Origin: an uncultured Verrucomicrobiae bacterium
GTDB lineage: Bacteria > Chlamydiota > Chlamydiia > Chlamydiales > Rhabdochlamydiaceae
Assembly (NCBI GenBank): GCA_963731265.1
Contig: CAVSUE010000001.1
Location: 416,001 to 480,000, forward strand
Direction of reading: 5' to 3'
DNA: 64,000 bases
Position 1 is the stretch's first letter, and each line of letters starts with the position of its first letter. The translations under genes and the position numbers were made by a program. Below the pieces are notes generated by a model, which worked only from the letters and a program-made list of their open reading frames with translations, was not told the origin of the DNA and did no database searches. Below, piece after piece: positions 37,330-46,784 of this stretch.

Positions 37330-39101
37330 TCAGCAGTATATACCTTAACGGCATCTTTTTTTAGTGCATCCAAATATTGATCGAGGCGGTTGTCGCAATC
37401 CTGGACGGCTTCCTCAATCATTTTAAACTGATCTCTAGACGTGCTGCCATAGATCTTGATCTTGGGTTCCGTTCCGGACGGGCGGATAACGAGGCGGGAA
37501 TGGTCCGCGAGGCGGAAAAGCAGAACATCGGACTTGGGAAGCTTCAGGGGTTCGGTCTTTTTCGAATCGACATAAACGCGCTGTTTTTTTTCGTAATCTT
37601 CGCAATAGAGGATCGATTGGTCGGCAATGTTTTTTGGAGGGGTGGTTCGCAATCTTTGCATGACAGCCGCCATTTGCTCCATCCCTTCTTTGCCGGGATT
37701 GAAATTGATCGACATCTGTTTTTCCCGGAACATGCCGTATTTTTTGTAGATCGAATGCAATCGGTCAATCAATGTCTGGCCGCCTTGCATCTTGGCCTGA
37801 AGGGCAATTTCGGCGATGAGGCAGGAGGTCACGATCGCATCTTTGTCGCGGGCATGAGTCCCCAGTAGATACCCATACGATTCTTCCGCCCCGAAAATAA
37901 AGTGATAACCATCTTTGGAAGTTTCCCAAAGATGAATTTTCTCTCCAATGTATTTAAATCCTGTCAAAACTTCAAAACACGACTTTTGGTAGCTTTCCGC
38001 AATTTTTTTCAGTAGTTCTGTTGTGACAATTGTCGTGACGAAAGCTCCCTTGGTAGGCATTGTGCCGAGCTGGGTCAGGACCTCGCAAAGGTAATCCACG
38101 CAAATCGCAGCCATTTCGTTGCCATTGAGGAGGATTGATTTCCCTTCATGGCGGACGACGGTCCCGGTCCGGTCGGCATCAGGATCAGTGGCAATGACGA
38201 TATCTGATTGTGTCATCTCCAGCTTTTCGATGCCGAGTTTCATCGTCTCTTTGTATTCAGGATTGGGAAAAGCCACGGTGGGGAAATCGCCGTCGATGGT
38301 CACTTGATTGTCGACCATTTCAACCGTCGAAAACCCCCAATCTTTTAGTGCGCGGGGAACTATGGTGATTCCAGTGCCGTGTAGACTTGTGTAAACAATC
38401 TTTAACGATGCTCCATTTTTTTTGTTCTGCTCGGGAAAATGTTGCAAAGGACGGATGGCATTGATGTATTCTTCATCGATGGGGGCTGTGGGAACAATCT
38501 CGATCAAAGGGTCCTGGAGAGAAGCGAGCCGTACCGAGGAAAAATCCTTGAGCTTCTCTGTTTCTTTGACAATTCCTTCGTCATGCGGATAGACGACCTG
38601 CGCGCCGTCGCTCCAGTACACTTTGTATCCATTGTACTGTTTAGGATTGTGGGAAGCCGTGATCATAACGGCAGCATTAGCTTTTTTAAGCCGGCAGGCA
38701 AAAGAAATGTAAGGCGTGGGCCTTAATTCGCGGAGCAAATACGCATGAATTCCATTGCCGGCCAGCACCCTTGCTGTCTCTTGAGCAAATTCTTGCGAAT
38801 GATGCCGGGAATCAAAACCGATCAACGCACTAAGTTTTGAGGCGCCTGCCTGTTTGTGCATATAGTTAGCAAGGCCCTGCGTAGCGAGGCGGACGGTGTA
38901 GATATTCATGCGCGTTGTGCCAGGGCCCATAATCCCGCGAAGACCTCCTGTTCCAAAAGTCAAATCGGTAAAAAAGGCATCGATGAGTTCTTGGGGATTT
39001 TTTTCCATTAAAGTGCGGATTTCGGTCTTTGTCTGCTCGTCGAAAGGGCCTTGCAGCCATTCATCGACTCGTTTTTGAATTTCAGGGGGAAGTGCAGACA
39101 T
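37323..39101 (-). CDS. pgm: Phosphoglucomutase/phosphomannomutase
   Basis: FGTGGLRG, TASHNP, DPDADR, GAEESYG, IRPSGTEPKIK. Confidence 0.93.
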   Translation of the reverse strand: MSALPPEIQKRVDEWLQGPFDEQTKTEIRTLMEKNPQELIDAFFTDLTFGTGGLRGIMGPGTTRMNIYTVRLATQGLANYMHKQAGASKLSALIGFDSRHHSQEFAQETARVLAGNGIHAYLLRELRPTPYISFACRLKKANAAVMITASHNPKQYNGYKVYWSDGAQVVYPHDEGIVKETEKLKDFSSVRLASLQDPLIEIVPTAPIDEEYINAIRPLQHFPEQNKKNGASLKIVYTSLHGTGITIVPRALKDWGFSTVEMVDNQVTIDGDFPTVAFPNPEYKETMKLGIEKLEMTQSDIVIATDPDADRTGTVVRHEGKSILLNGNEMAAICVDYLCEVLTQLGTMPTKGAFVTTIVTTELLKKIAESYQKSCFEVLTGFKYIGEKIHLWETSKDGYHFIFGAEESYGYLLGTHARDKDAIVTSCLIAEIALQAKMQGGQTLIDRLHSIYKKYGMFREKQMSINFNPGKEGMEQMAAVMQRLRTTPPKNIADQSILYCEDYEKKQRVYVDSKKTEPLKLPKSDVLLFRLADHSRLVIRPSGTEPKIKIYGSTSRDQFKMIEEAVQDCDNRLDQYLDALKKDAVKVYTADT

Positions 39102-39153
39102 GTTTACTCCTGATCAGAATTTTGCTGAAAATATCAAAAAGTAAATTAAACGA

Positions 39154-39555
39154 CTACGGTAAATGCTTCTGAATTTCCTCTATGGAAATGAGCGGGGCGT
39201 CAGGCTGGTTGATCCCTTCGCATCGGGCAGCTGTTTCCTTCCAATGTTCCGGGGATTTGAGATTCTCCGGCCACCAGGGAAATGTGCGGCATTGTTTAGG
39301 GCGTACCCCGTAAATTTCGCATCTTTTTCCTTTGAGAAAAACACAGTCATAGGTTTTGGGATGTTCTTTTAAAGAAACGCGATTGCCGATGCGTCGCGTG
39401 TGTGTTTTGAGAAACTCTTCCAATGGGATCTTCAAGTGCTTGGCCATCGCCTCGGCTTCAACGGGAGTGATCCACACATAGCCCGGCGATCCTGTGCAGC
39501 ATCCGCCGCATTCGGTGCATTTAAAACTTAAGCCTTCCTTATACCAAGGTTCCAT
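39154..39555 (-). CDS. YkgJ family cysteine-cluster protein
   Basis: CTECGGCC, CVFL, CEIY..RP.QCRTFPWW, CEG. Confidence 0.88.
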   Translation of the reverse strand: MEPWYKEGLSFKCTECGGCCTGSPGYVWITPVEAEAMAKHLKIPLEEFLKTHTRRIGNRVSLKEHPKTYDCVFLKGKRCEIYGVRPKQCRTFPWWPENLKSPEHWKETAARCEGINQPDAPLISIEEIQKHLP

Positions 39556-39557
39556 TA

Positions 39558-39829
39558 TACTGCCCCCGCTTAGGGTTTATGAATTTTGACTAGTGCACCG
39601 TTGCAAAAATTTTGGAATAATTTCTGCAACGGGGCACTAGCTGCGACTTTGCCAAATCGATCCTTCTCCCTCGGCTTGCTATCCAGCAATGGTCTCCCGT
39701 GTCATCCTGAACTTCGGCTCCGTTATGACCTGCAACCCTCCACTGGATGGTTGCAGCATTCGGCCGCTTCGCTTCGATTTTGCTTTGTCTCGGAGAGTCA
39801 AAATTCGTAAAGCCTAAACGGGCGCAGTA
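39558..39829. mobile_element. MITE with 3-bp TTA/TAA target duplication, containing a nested mini-element
   Basis: 34-bp inverted ends TACTGCCCCCGCTTAGGGTTTATGAATTTTGACT / AGTCAAAATTCGTAAAGCCTAAACGGGCGCAGTA (4 mismatches); TTA at 39555-57 and 39830-32. Confidence 0.85.
39590..39640. mobile_element. Minimal CTAG-bounded palindrome of the 11081 family
   Basis: CTAGTGCACCGTTGCAAAAATT-TTGGAAT-AATTTCTGCAACGGGGCACTAG. Confidence 0.75.
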
Positions 39830-40714
39830 TTACCATTTAAAGTTGGATTTTAAGATGGGCTTCCAAAAACCATTGCCATCGCTGTTTTTAAAAACCTCGA
39901 TGTCGCAGCCCGCCTCGCCAATATCGATCAAGTTCCAGGTTCCACCCTCCTTTTGCGCTGTCGAGCCACTATCGAGAAAGATGGGAAGCCCGCTATTGCG
40001 CAGGTCCGCGATGCAGTGGCGATGCGTATGTCCGTGAAGGTAAAGCTTGATTTTGGGAAACCGTTCGATCAGTTTCTTGAGGGCCTCTTTACGAATTAGG
40101 CTTTTGCGCGGAGATTCCGTAGAAAAAATGGGGAAGTGGTTGACGAGGATCACACGATGGTCCGCGGGGATTTCTTTCAAAGCCGATTCGAGTTTTTGCT
40201 CGAGTTCGGGAGAAAAATACCCATTCGAAGAGACCAATGAAGTCGCAATGGCCGTATCCAATGCCAAAAGCCACCATCCATGCCCCCAATAAGCGGAGGT
40301 TAATTGATCTTCTTTGAGGCTATATTTATCATATGTCTGAGAGAAATGTTCATAAAAAAGTTGCTTTTTATAGGCAGACTTTGTGTATTGATCGTGATTG
40401 CCCGGAAGTGTGAAAACTTTAAAATTTTCCTCTCTTAAACTGTCGACAAACCGTCTGGCCAGCTTAAACTCTTCTTCATGGGAAGTCGTCGTCAAATCTC
40501 CTGTGATTAAAACGGCATCGACTTTTTTTTCGTGGAACACAGGAAGAAGGGTAGTCAAATTGTCGGGTTCGAGCGCATGTTTGCGTGTGAAAAAGAGATT
40601 GAGGTTGCCAAGCCATCTTTTGGAGAAAAATTGGAGAGGATTCCATCCCACTTTAAAAAAATGCAAATCGGAGATGTGGGCTAAGCGGAAAAGAGGTTTT
40701 TCTATCACAGGCAT
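39830..40714 (-). CDS. Calcineurin-like metallophosphoesterase
   Basis: HISDLH, TGDLT, PGNHD, HFP, HGHTH. Confidence 0.9.
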   Translation of the reverse strand: MPVIEKPLFRLAHISDLHFFKVGWNPLQFFSKRWLGNLNLFFTRKHALEPDNLTTLLPVFHEKKVDAVLITGDLTTTSHEEEFKLARRFVDSLREENFKVFTLPGNHDQYTKSAYKKQLFYEHFSQTYDKYSLKEDQLTSAYWGHGWWLLALDTAIATSLVSSNGYFSPELEQKLESALKEIPADHRVILVNHFPIFSTESPRKSLIRKEALKKLIERFPKIKLYLHGHTHRHCIADLRNSGLPIFLDSGSTAQKEGGTWNLIDIGEAGCDIEVFKNSDGNGFWKPILKSNFKW

Positions 40715-40739
40715 AAAAAATGAATAAATTACCTTGCCC

Positions 40740-40877
40740 CTCGACTTTGTAATTTTTTGGGCCCGCCTGGCTCGCCTACGGGGAGTTATTTAAAACAGGA
40801 AGGGGGTTAAAACCCCTTCCTGTTTTAAATAACTCCCCCATTTCGAGTCCTTCGAGCCCAAAAGTTACAAAGTCGAG
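40740..40877. mobile_element. CTCGACTTTG-family palindromic element, copy 2
   Basis: Ends CTCGACTTTGTAATTTTTTGGGC / GCCCAAAAGTTACAAAGTCGAG; central perfect 26-bp stem GGGGAGTTATTTAAAACAGGAAGGGG. Confidence 0.85.
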
Positions 40878-40920
40878 TGGCAGAGAAGTAATTATAGCCC
40901 TTTTTAGATTAAAAATATTT

Positions 40921-41322
40921 TTATTTTTTCTTCCCTATGCCTTGGTGCGCCAAGATCGCCCTCTGGCTCAAATTCTGTTTAACCAATGTTTTCATCCAGC
41001 GTTTGCCTTCGGGATGGATATGGGCTGGCGCTGAATCTGAGGAGACGAGCCCGGGGGTTGTATTTTTAGACTTGATCTTATGCTGAAGCTTTTTCTTAAG
41101 GGAAATCCCTCTCTGTGCAGACTTTAAAGTTTCTTCTTGTTTTTCAGATTTTCTTTTCGGGAATTTTTTTAGCATCTCTTTTGTCGTCAATTCATCGCTA
41201 TATTGCTGAGTTTGCTGAACCGGATAACGGCCCTGCGCACTGCGAATTTCTTTTCCCCTCTTCTTTTCGAGTTTATTGGTCATCGGATGCTTGGTTTTGT
41301 TCATAGGCCTCTTATTTGACAA
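40921..41322 (-). CDS. Hypothetical basic (Lys-rich) protein; start uncertain
   Basis: 133-aa ORF filling the gap, co-oriented with its neighbours. Confidence 0.5.
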   Translation of the reverse strand: MSNKRPMNKTKHPMTNKLEKKRGKEIRSAQGRYPVQQTQQYSDELTTKEMLKKFPKRKSEKQEETLKSAQRGISLKKKLQHKIKSKNTTPGLVSSDSAPAHIHPEGKRWMKTLVKQNLSQRAILAHQGIGKKK

Positions 41323-41373
41323 GTAAATATTTTACTTCACTGTAGCGCATAGAGGGATTTAGAGAAAGCAAGA

Positions 41374-42291
41374 TTAAAACGAGCTCACGAGCTCGTCAAA
41401 AGCGGCTAGAACTCTATTCACCGAAATGAAGTTTTGCCAATTTTTTTCGCGAAGACGCAAAAACTTCCAATGGGGAAGATAGGGAGGTGGAAGGACGAGC
41501 TGCCCTTTTTGCCAGCCCGGGCGCCATAAGCGCATTCTTTTTTCGTCATTGGCGATGATAAGGGTGGGAATACACAGATTCGAGCCTAAATGGCCGGTCA
41601 ACGAGTCATTGCCAATCACATAACCAGATTCGTAGACAATGCTGGCGAGATCTGAAAGTGTGGGAGCTTTGGCAAGGGCAAATCCCTCCGTTTCTATTTT
41701 TTCCCATTCTGAAAGTTCAGCAGGTCCCACGCAGAATACCGGCTGAAAGCCTTTAGATTTTAATCTTCGAGCTAATTTTAAAAATTTTTCCGCTTTCCAA
41801 TTTTTGGCCGCGACGCGGCTGGTGGGATGGATAAGGATTTGCTCTTTTTTTAGGCGGTGGACGAGCCCCGGCAAAGGAACAATCCCATTGTCTTTGAAAG
41901 GGAACGGGAGATCGAGAAAGGACGCAACCGCTTGTGCAATATTGTCTGCCATAGACAGGTTTGGATCAAAAGCAAAGTCGTGAGGGGAAAGAGGGGCGTG
42001 TTTGGAAGGTAAGTAGGTGGGATAAAAAATCGATAGGCGCGGACGAAGAGTCTCTATCCACTGTTTGATTTTTAGTGAGTTGTCGTTTTCGACGACAATG
42101 AGATCAAACTTGGTCAAGTCGTGGATAGAAGTGGGGAACTCATGGGCGGGAAACCAATCGGAAAGTTCCGGAAGGGCAGGATGAAATGTCGTGACTTGAT
42201 AGCCAGCCCTTTTTAACTGATGGGAGACGATCATCATCAGCAATGCATCGCCAATTCCAAGCGCAGGAATAACAGCAGCTTTTTTCATCAT
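41374..42291 (-). CDS. Glycosyltransferase family 9 (heptosyltransferase-like)
   Basis: GIGDALL, ILIHPTS...KNW...F, IGNDS..GHL, RLWRP. Confidence 0.8.
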   Translation of the reverse strand: MMKKAAVIPALGIGDALLMMIVSHQLKRAGYQVTTFHPALPELSDWFPAHEFPTSIHDLTKFDLIVVENDNSLKIKQWIETLRPRLSIFYPTYLPSKHAPLSPHDFAFDPNLSMADNIAQAVASFLDLPFPFKDNGIVPLPGLVHRLKKEQILIHPTSRVAAKNWKAEKFLKLARRLKSKGFQPVFCVGPAELSEWEKIETEGFALAKAPTLSDLASIVYESGYVIGNDSLTGHLGSNLCIPTLIIANDEKRMRLWRPGWQKGQLVLPPPYLPHWKFLRLREKNWQNFISVNRVLAAFDELVSSF

Positions 42292-42333
42292 ATGGGGTCC
42301 TCATTTGAGGACCCAAATTTCCCAATGTTCCTA

Positions 42334-43929
42334 TTATCTCTTCTCTTCTTCCTCGTCGGGAGCATTGCCGATCAAGGCTTCGGAGAGAAGCACAACTCCT
42401 GCTGTAGATACCGCGTAACGCAGGCCATTTTTGACAACTTTAGCTGGATCGACCACCCCTGCTTTCAGTAAATCTTCCACCTTTTCGGTCATGGCATTGA
42501 AGCCAAAATGAGTCCCGGCAGCGAGCACTTCTTCCAACACAACCGAACTATCAAATCCTGTGTTAGAAACGATTTGTTTGAAGGGGGCTTCGCAAGCCTT
42601 GAAGACTATTTTTGCGCCGACAGACTCATCTCCGGAAAGTTCCAGGGAAACAGACTTGCTAGCGCGGAGCAATGCGCACCCGCCGCCGATGACGATCCCT
42701 TCTTCCATAGCCGCTTGGGTCGAGTTCAAGCTATCTTCGAACATCTGTTTTTTCTGTTTCATCTCAGGCTCGGTGGCAGCGCCCACTCGAATGACGGCCA
42801 CGCCGCCGCTGAGTTTTGCTTTCCGCTCTTCCAGTTTTTCTCTATCGTAAGAGCTTGTGGATTTTTCGATTTCTGCTTCGATGTGTTTGACTCTTGCCTG
42901 GATCTGTTTCGAATCTCCTTTTCCGCCGACGATTGTCGTCTTTTCTTTAGTGACGAGGATTTTTTCAGCTGACCCGAGCACATCGGCAGTGGCGTCTTTC
43001 AACACCATACCGGTTTCTTCAGAGACGACTGTGGCTCCCGTGAGAACCGCGATATCTTCGAGCATCGCTTTGCGGCGGTCTCCAAAGCCCGGGGCTTTGA
43101 CAGCGCAAACTTTAAGTGTTCCTCGGAGCTTATTGACGACCAAAGTAGAAAGGGCGTCGCCATCGATTTCTTCGGCGATGATCAATAATTCGGTGGCGGT
43201 CGTTGCGACAGATTGCAGAATAGAGAGGATTTCCTGCACCGAGGAGATTTTTTTATCGGTGATCAACAGCTTGGCTCCGCTCATCTCCACGCTCAACGCC
43301 TCCGCATTCGTGCAGAAATACGCGCTGATATATCCGCGGTCAAACTGCATGCCTTCGACCATTTCAATCGTGTCGTCGGTTCCTTTCCCTTCTTCAATGG
43401 TAATGACGCCGGCTTTGCCTACTTTTTGGACAGCATCGGCAATCATCATGCCGACGGCCGTATTACCAGACGCAGAAGCGATAGCGATATGTTGCGTTTC
43501 TTTTTCATCTTTGATGGCAATCGAAGTTTTTTCGATTTCTTTGACGATGGCTTCGACGGCTTTGTCCATTCCTCTTTTTAAAGTGATCGGGGAGGAGCCG
43601 GAAGCGATGTTTTTCACCCCGTTTTGCACAAGAGCGCGTAAAAGCAGGATGCTCGACGTTGTGCCGTCGCCGCATTTTTCTTTCATCTTGCTGGCCACCT
43701 CTTTTCCTAAAGAGACGCCCATGTTGGCATATTGATCTTTCAGTTCGATGTCTTTGACGATGCTATTGCCGTCATTGGTGATGGAAGGAGCTCCCCAGGA
43801 AGCTTGCAGTCCGACATTACGCCCTTTTGGGCCCAGCGTGACGCCGACGACATCTGCTAGTTGGTCAATGCCTTCGCGAAGCTTCTCTCGCGCTTCTTCC
43901 TCAAAAATTAATTCCTTTGGTGTGGACAT
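42334..43929 (-). CDS. groL: Chaperonin GroEL (paralogue without adjacent groES)
   Basis: [46 protein letters not shown]. Confidence 0.95.
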   Translation of the reverse strand: MSTPKELIFEEEAREKLREGIDQLADVVGVTLGPKGRNVGLQASWGAPSITNDGNSIVKDIELKDQYANMGVSLGKEVASKMKEKCGDGTTSSILLLRALVQNGVKNIASGSSPITLKRGMDKAVEAIVKEIEKTSIAIKDEKETQHIAIASASGNTAVGMMIADAVQKVGKAGVITIEEGKGTDDTIEMVEGMQFDRGYISAYFCTNAEALSVEMSGAKLLITDKKISSVQEILSILQSVATTATELLIIAEEIDGDALSTLVVNKLRGTLKVCAVKAPGFGDRRKAMLEDIAVLTGATVVSEETGMVLKDATADVLGSAEKILVTKEKTTIVGGKGDSKQIQARVKHIEAEIEKSTSSYDREKLEERKAKLSGGVAVIRVGAATEPEMKQKKQMFEDSLNSTQAAMEEGIVIGGGCALLRASKSVSLELSGDESVGAKIVFKACEAPFKQIVSNTGFDSSVVLEEVLAAGTHFGFNAMTEKVEDLLKAGVVDPAKVVKNGLRYAVSTAGVVLLSEALIGNAPDEEEEKR

Positions 43930-43932
43930 AGT

Positions 43933-44703
43933 TTATTCCTTTTTCTTAGCTAAAGTTTCTTCAAGAATTTCACGCAATCCGATCAAAGTCAGATGCGGAT
44001 CAATAAAATCAACGAGGTCTTTCAAGTCATCGATCAGCTCACCGATCAGCGTCGAGCCGCCCGTCGCAATGACTTTGACGGAACTTGGGGAAAGAGCGGA
44101 AAGCCTGAGTTCAGCGATCATGCGTTCAACAGCGCCGAGCTGGCCGTAATAAATGCCTGCCTGAAGGTGCGTTTCTGTCGTTTTAGCCAACGCGGACTCA
44201 GGTTTTTTCAGAGCGACAAGAGGAAGTTTATACGTATGGTCATTGAGCGATTTGGCGCAAAGCGCAGCGCCGGGATAAATCATTCCTCCCAAATAGCGTC
44301 CTTCTTTGACGATGAAGTCGACAGTGATGGCAGTCCCCATATCGACGACGACGCAGTCATTGATGGGAAAGCGCTGCAGAGCGCCATACGCATTGGCGAT
44401 CCGGTCATGGCCGAGAGCTTCGGGCTCATCGACATCGAGAATGAGTTTTAAAGATGGGTAATCCACAAAACGGAAAGCAATTTTTTGCTCTTCCATAAAT
44501 TTACGCATTTTGTCTTCGGCTTTAGTATTGACGGAAGAGACTAAGGCATTTGTAATCGATTTGCCTTCAAAAAATTGAATCAAGTCCTCACGATTAAATT
44601 GAACGTCAAAGCTAAACGTGTCGACGAGATTCTTCCCGTCGAAGAACCCTCCTTTGATCTTCGTATTACCAATGTTTAAGACAAGATCAAGTGTCATCGT
44701 CAC
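43933..44703 (-). CDS. coaX: Type III pantothenate kinase
   Basis: NIGNTKIK, LGHDR, VVDMGTAITVD, GGMIYPG, IATGG, LTLIGL. Confidence 0.9.
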   Translation of the reverse strand: MTMTLDLVLNIGNTKIKGGFFDGKNLVDTFSFDVQFNREDLIQFFEGKSITNALVSSVNTKAEDKMRKFMEEQKIAFRFVDYPSLKLILDVDEPEALGHDRIANAYGALQRFPINDCVVVDMGTAITVDFIVKEGRYLGGMIYPGAALCAKSLNDHTYKLPLVALKKPESALAKTTETHLQAGIYYGQLGAVERMIAELRLSALSPSSVKVIATGGSTLIGELIDDLKDLVDFIDPHLTLIGLREILEETLAKKKE

Positions 44704-45545
44704 ATCCTCAAACTAATATCGACAGCGGAGACAGAATGGGTCAGCGCCCCAATGGAAACTCCATTGACCCCGGTCGCGGCATAATCTCTGACATTGTCAA
44801 GAGTGATTCCTCCGGAGGCTTCCAAATACGCTTTCCCTTGGCCCAATCTGACAGCTTCCGCGACAACATCAGGGGGCATGTTGTCGAGTAAAATCACATC
44901 CGCTTTTCCCTGAAGAGCTTCTTCAAGGGCTGCCAAAGATTCTACTTCCACTTCGATCTTGACTTCCGGCTGCAGAATTTTTGCGCGGCGTATGGCTTCA
45001 AGGACAGGATGAACAGATATTTCTTTGAGAAGGGCGAGGTGGTTGTTCTTGATGAGAAAACGCTCTTCAAGATGAAATCGATGATTCTTTCCGCCGCCCA
45101 TTTTCACGGCATATTTTTGAATGGCCCGAAGGCCCGGAAGCGTTTTTCGCGTGTCCAGAATTTCGCAAGGAAAGCCTTTCACTGCATCGACATATTGCGC
45201 TGTCAAATGCGCGACCCCGCTGGCATGTTGCAAAAGATTGAGAGCCGTGCGTTCGCCGGCAAGAATGGAGTGGGCAATCCCTTCAATGGAAGCTAAAATC
45301 ATCCCTTCGCTGTATTCTCCGCCTTCAAAAGCATGCACGTGCCATTTTAAAGAAGTGTCGATCGTTTCGCAAATCCAGGGAAGGAAGCGAAGACCTGCAA
45401 CACGTGAATTTTGTTTCAATACAAAATCAGCGCGGATCAATTGATCGGGAGGAATACAGGCTTGAGAAGTAATGTCTTTGGTCGTGCGATCTTCATTCAA
45501 GGCAAGCAGGATGGTCCTACGGACTTCTTGTTCCAAATGTTCCAC
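44700..45545 (-). CDS. nadC: Quinolinate phosphoribosyltransferase
   Basis: ERTALN, DTRKTLPGLR, NHRF, IEVEV, ILLDN, EASGGI, GALTHS. Confidence 0.95.
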   Translation of the reverse strand: MEHLEQEVRRTILLALNEDRTTKDITSQACIPPDQLIRADFVLKQNSRVAGLRFLPWICETIDTSLKWHVHAFEGGEYSEGMILASIEGIAHSILAGERTALNLLQHASGVAHLTAQYVDAVKGFPCEILDTRKTLPGLRAIQKYAVKMGGGKNHRFHLEERFLIKNNHLALLKEISVHPVLEAIRRAKILQPEVKIEVEVESLAALEEALQGKADVILLDNMPPDVVAEAVRLGQGKAYLEASGGITLDNVRDYAATGVNGVSIGALTHSVSAVDISLRM

Positions 45546-45570
45546 GCTTTTTCCTCATCAGATTTAAGGA

Positions 45571-45752
45571 CCTCGACTTTGTAACTTTTTAGGCCCGAAG
45601 GACTCGAAATATTTGCTCTCGGGGGGAGTGATTTAAAACCGGTAGGGGGGTTAACCCCTCCTGTTTTAAATAATCACCCAGTTCGACAATAGGTCAAACG
45701 GCCGGCAGCAAATAGGCGAGGCAGGCGGGCCCAAAAAATTGCAAAGTCGAGG
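45571..45752. mobile_element. CTCGACTTTG-family palindromic element, copy 3 (inverted; composite centre)
   Basis: Ends CCTCGACTTTGTAACTTTTTAGGCCCG / CGGGCCCAAAAAATTGCAAAGTCGAGG; contains both central modules seen in copies 1 and 2. Confidence 0.85.
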
Positions 45753-45754
45753 AT

Positions 45755-45783
45755 ACTATAGAAGACGAAAAATTATTATGCAA
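45755..45783 (-). promoter_or_regulatory. Putative promoter of nadC-coaX-groEL
   Basis: Minus strand TTGCAT-17 nt-TATAGT directly upstream of the palindromic element. Confidence 0.5.
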
Positions 45784-45814
45784 CCGTGTTTTTAGCATTT
45801 TAACATGCCATTTG

Positions 45815-46636
45815 CTAATCGTTAGTAAAGTGCTTATAAACCTCTTTTTTTGAAACCCCGCGCAGCTGGGCCGCCATTTTGATCGCTTCCATTTTGCTCA
45901 AATGTAGATCCTTTTCGAACATTTCGACAAGTTCAACTAAAGAATGATCCTCAAAGAAAATGGGTTGACTGGGAGGCGAAAGCAGAAGGACAAACTCTCC
46001 GCGGGGAGGAGTTTTTCTGAAATGATCGAGCAACTCCTGAGCCGTGCCAACAAGGACCTCTTCATGCAATTTCGTCAATTCCCTGGCCGTGCAAAGCTGT
46101 CTTTTCGGGCACACCTGTACCATTTGTTCCAATGTTCCTTGTATGCGGTGGGGGGACTCATAGGCAATCGATGTTCCTGGATAAATGAGAGCTTTGCCTA
46201 AAGTCGTTCTCAGCTCGCTTTCTTTTTTAGGGAGAAAACCCACGAATTGAAATGGTTCCGGTGGAAAACCGGACAAGACTAATGCCTGAATGACCGCGCA
46301 AGGACCTGGCACCGCCGTCACAGCAATCCCTTCTTTTCGGCAGCGCAAAACAAGCTCATGTCCGGGGTCGGAAACTAAGGGTGTTCCTGCGTCGGAAATC
46401 AGCCCAATCGCTCGGCCAGCCTTGAGATCTTCGATAATCAGATCTTCTGATCGGGCTTCGTTAAATTGATGAAAAGCTTTTAGGGGAGTCTGAATGGCAT
46501 AACGCTGAAATAGGATGCGGCTGTGGCGCGTGTCCTCGCATAAAATGTAATCGCACGCTTTCAAGGTCGAAATAGCGCGAGAAGAAAAATCTTCAAGATT
46601 GCCAATTGGAGTAGCGACGAGATAAAGCATTCTCAA
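45815..46636 (-). CDS. rsmI: 16S rRNA C1402 2'-O-methyltransferase
   Basis: LYLVATPIGNLED, CEDTR, SDAGTP.VSDPG, YESPHR, ARELTKLHEE, RGEFV. Confidence 0.96.
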   Translation of the reverse strand: MRMLYLVATPIGNLEDFSSRAISTLKACDYILCEDTRHSRILFQRYAIQTPLKAFHQFNEARSEDLIIEDLKAGRAIGLISDAGTPLVSDPGHELVLRCRKEGIAVTAVPGPCAVIQALVLSGFPPEPFQFVGFLPKKESELRTTLGKALIYPGTSIAYESPHRIQGTLEQMVQVCPKRQLCTARELTKLHEEVLVGTAQELLDHFRKTPPRGEFVLLLSPPSQPIFFEDHSLVELVEMFEKDLHLSKMEAIKMAAQLRGVSKKEVYKHFTND

Positions 46637-46646
46637 ATAAAATAGA

Positions 46647-46718
46647 AGGTGGCACCCAGATTTGAACTGGGGAATGGAAGCTTTGCAGGCTTCTGCCTTA
46701 CCACTTGGCTATGCCACC
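46647..46718 (-). tRNA. tRNA-Cys (GCA)
   Basis: GGTGGCATAGCCAAGTGGTAAGGCAGAAGCCTGCAAAGCTTCCATTCCCCAGTTCAAATCTGGGTGCCACCT; TTGACC-17-CATACT promoter at 46736-46764. Confidence 0.95.
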
Positions 46719-46784
46719 GTATGAATAATGGGAAAAGTATGCTCAAAGAAGCAAATGCGGTCAACTTAATAAAATTTTTTATCA

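Noticed and set aside
42857..43735. Long antisense or overlapping ORFs (also 477-1031, 2372-3241, 12682-13305, 49811-50512)
   Set aside because: Shadows of well-supported genes on the opposite strand, with no recognisable motifs
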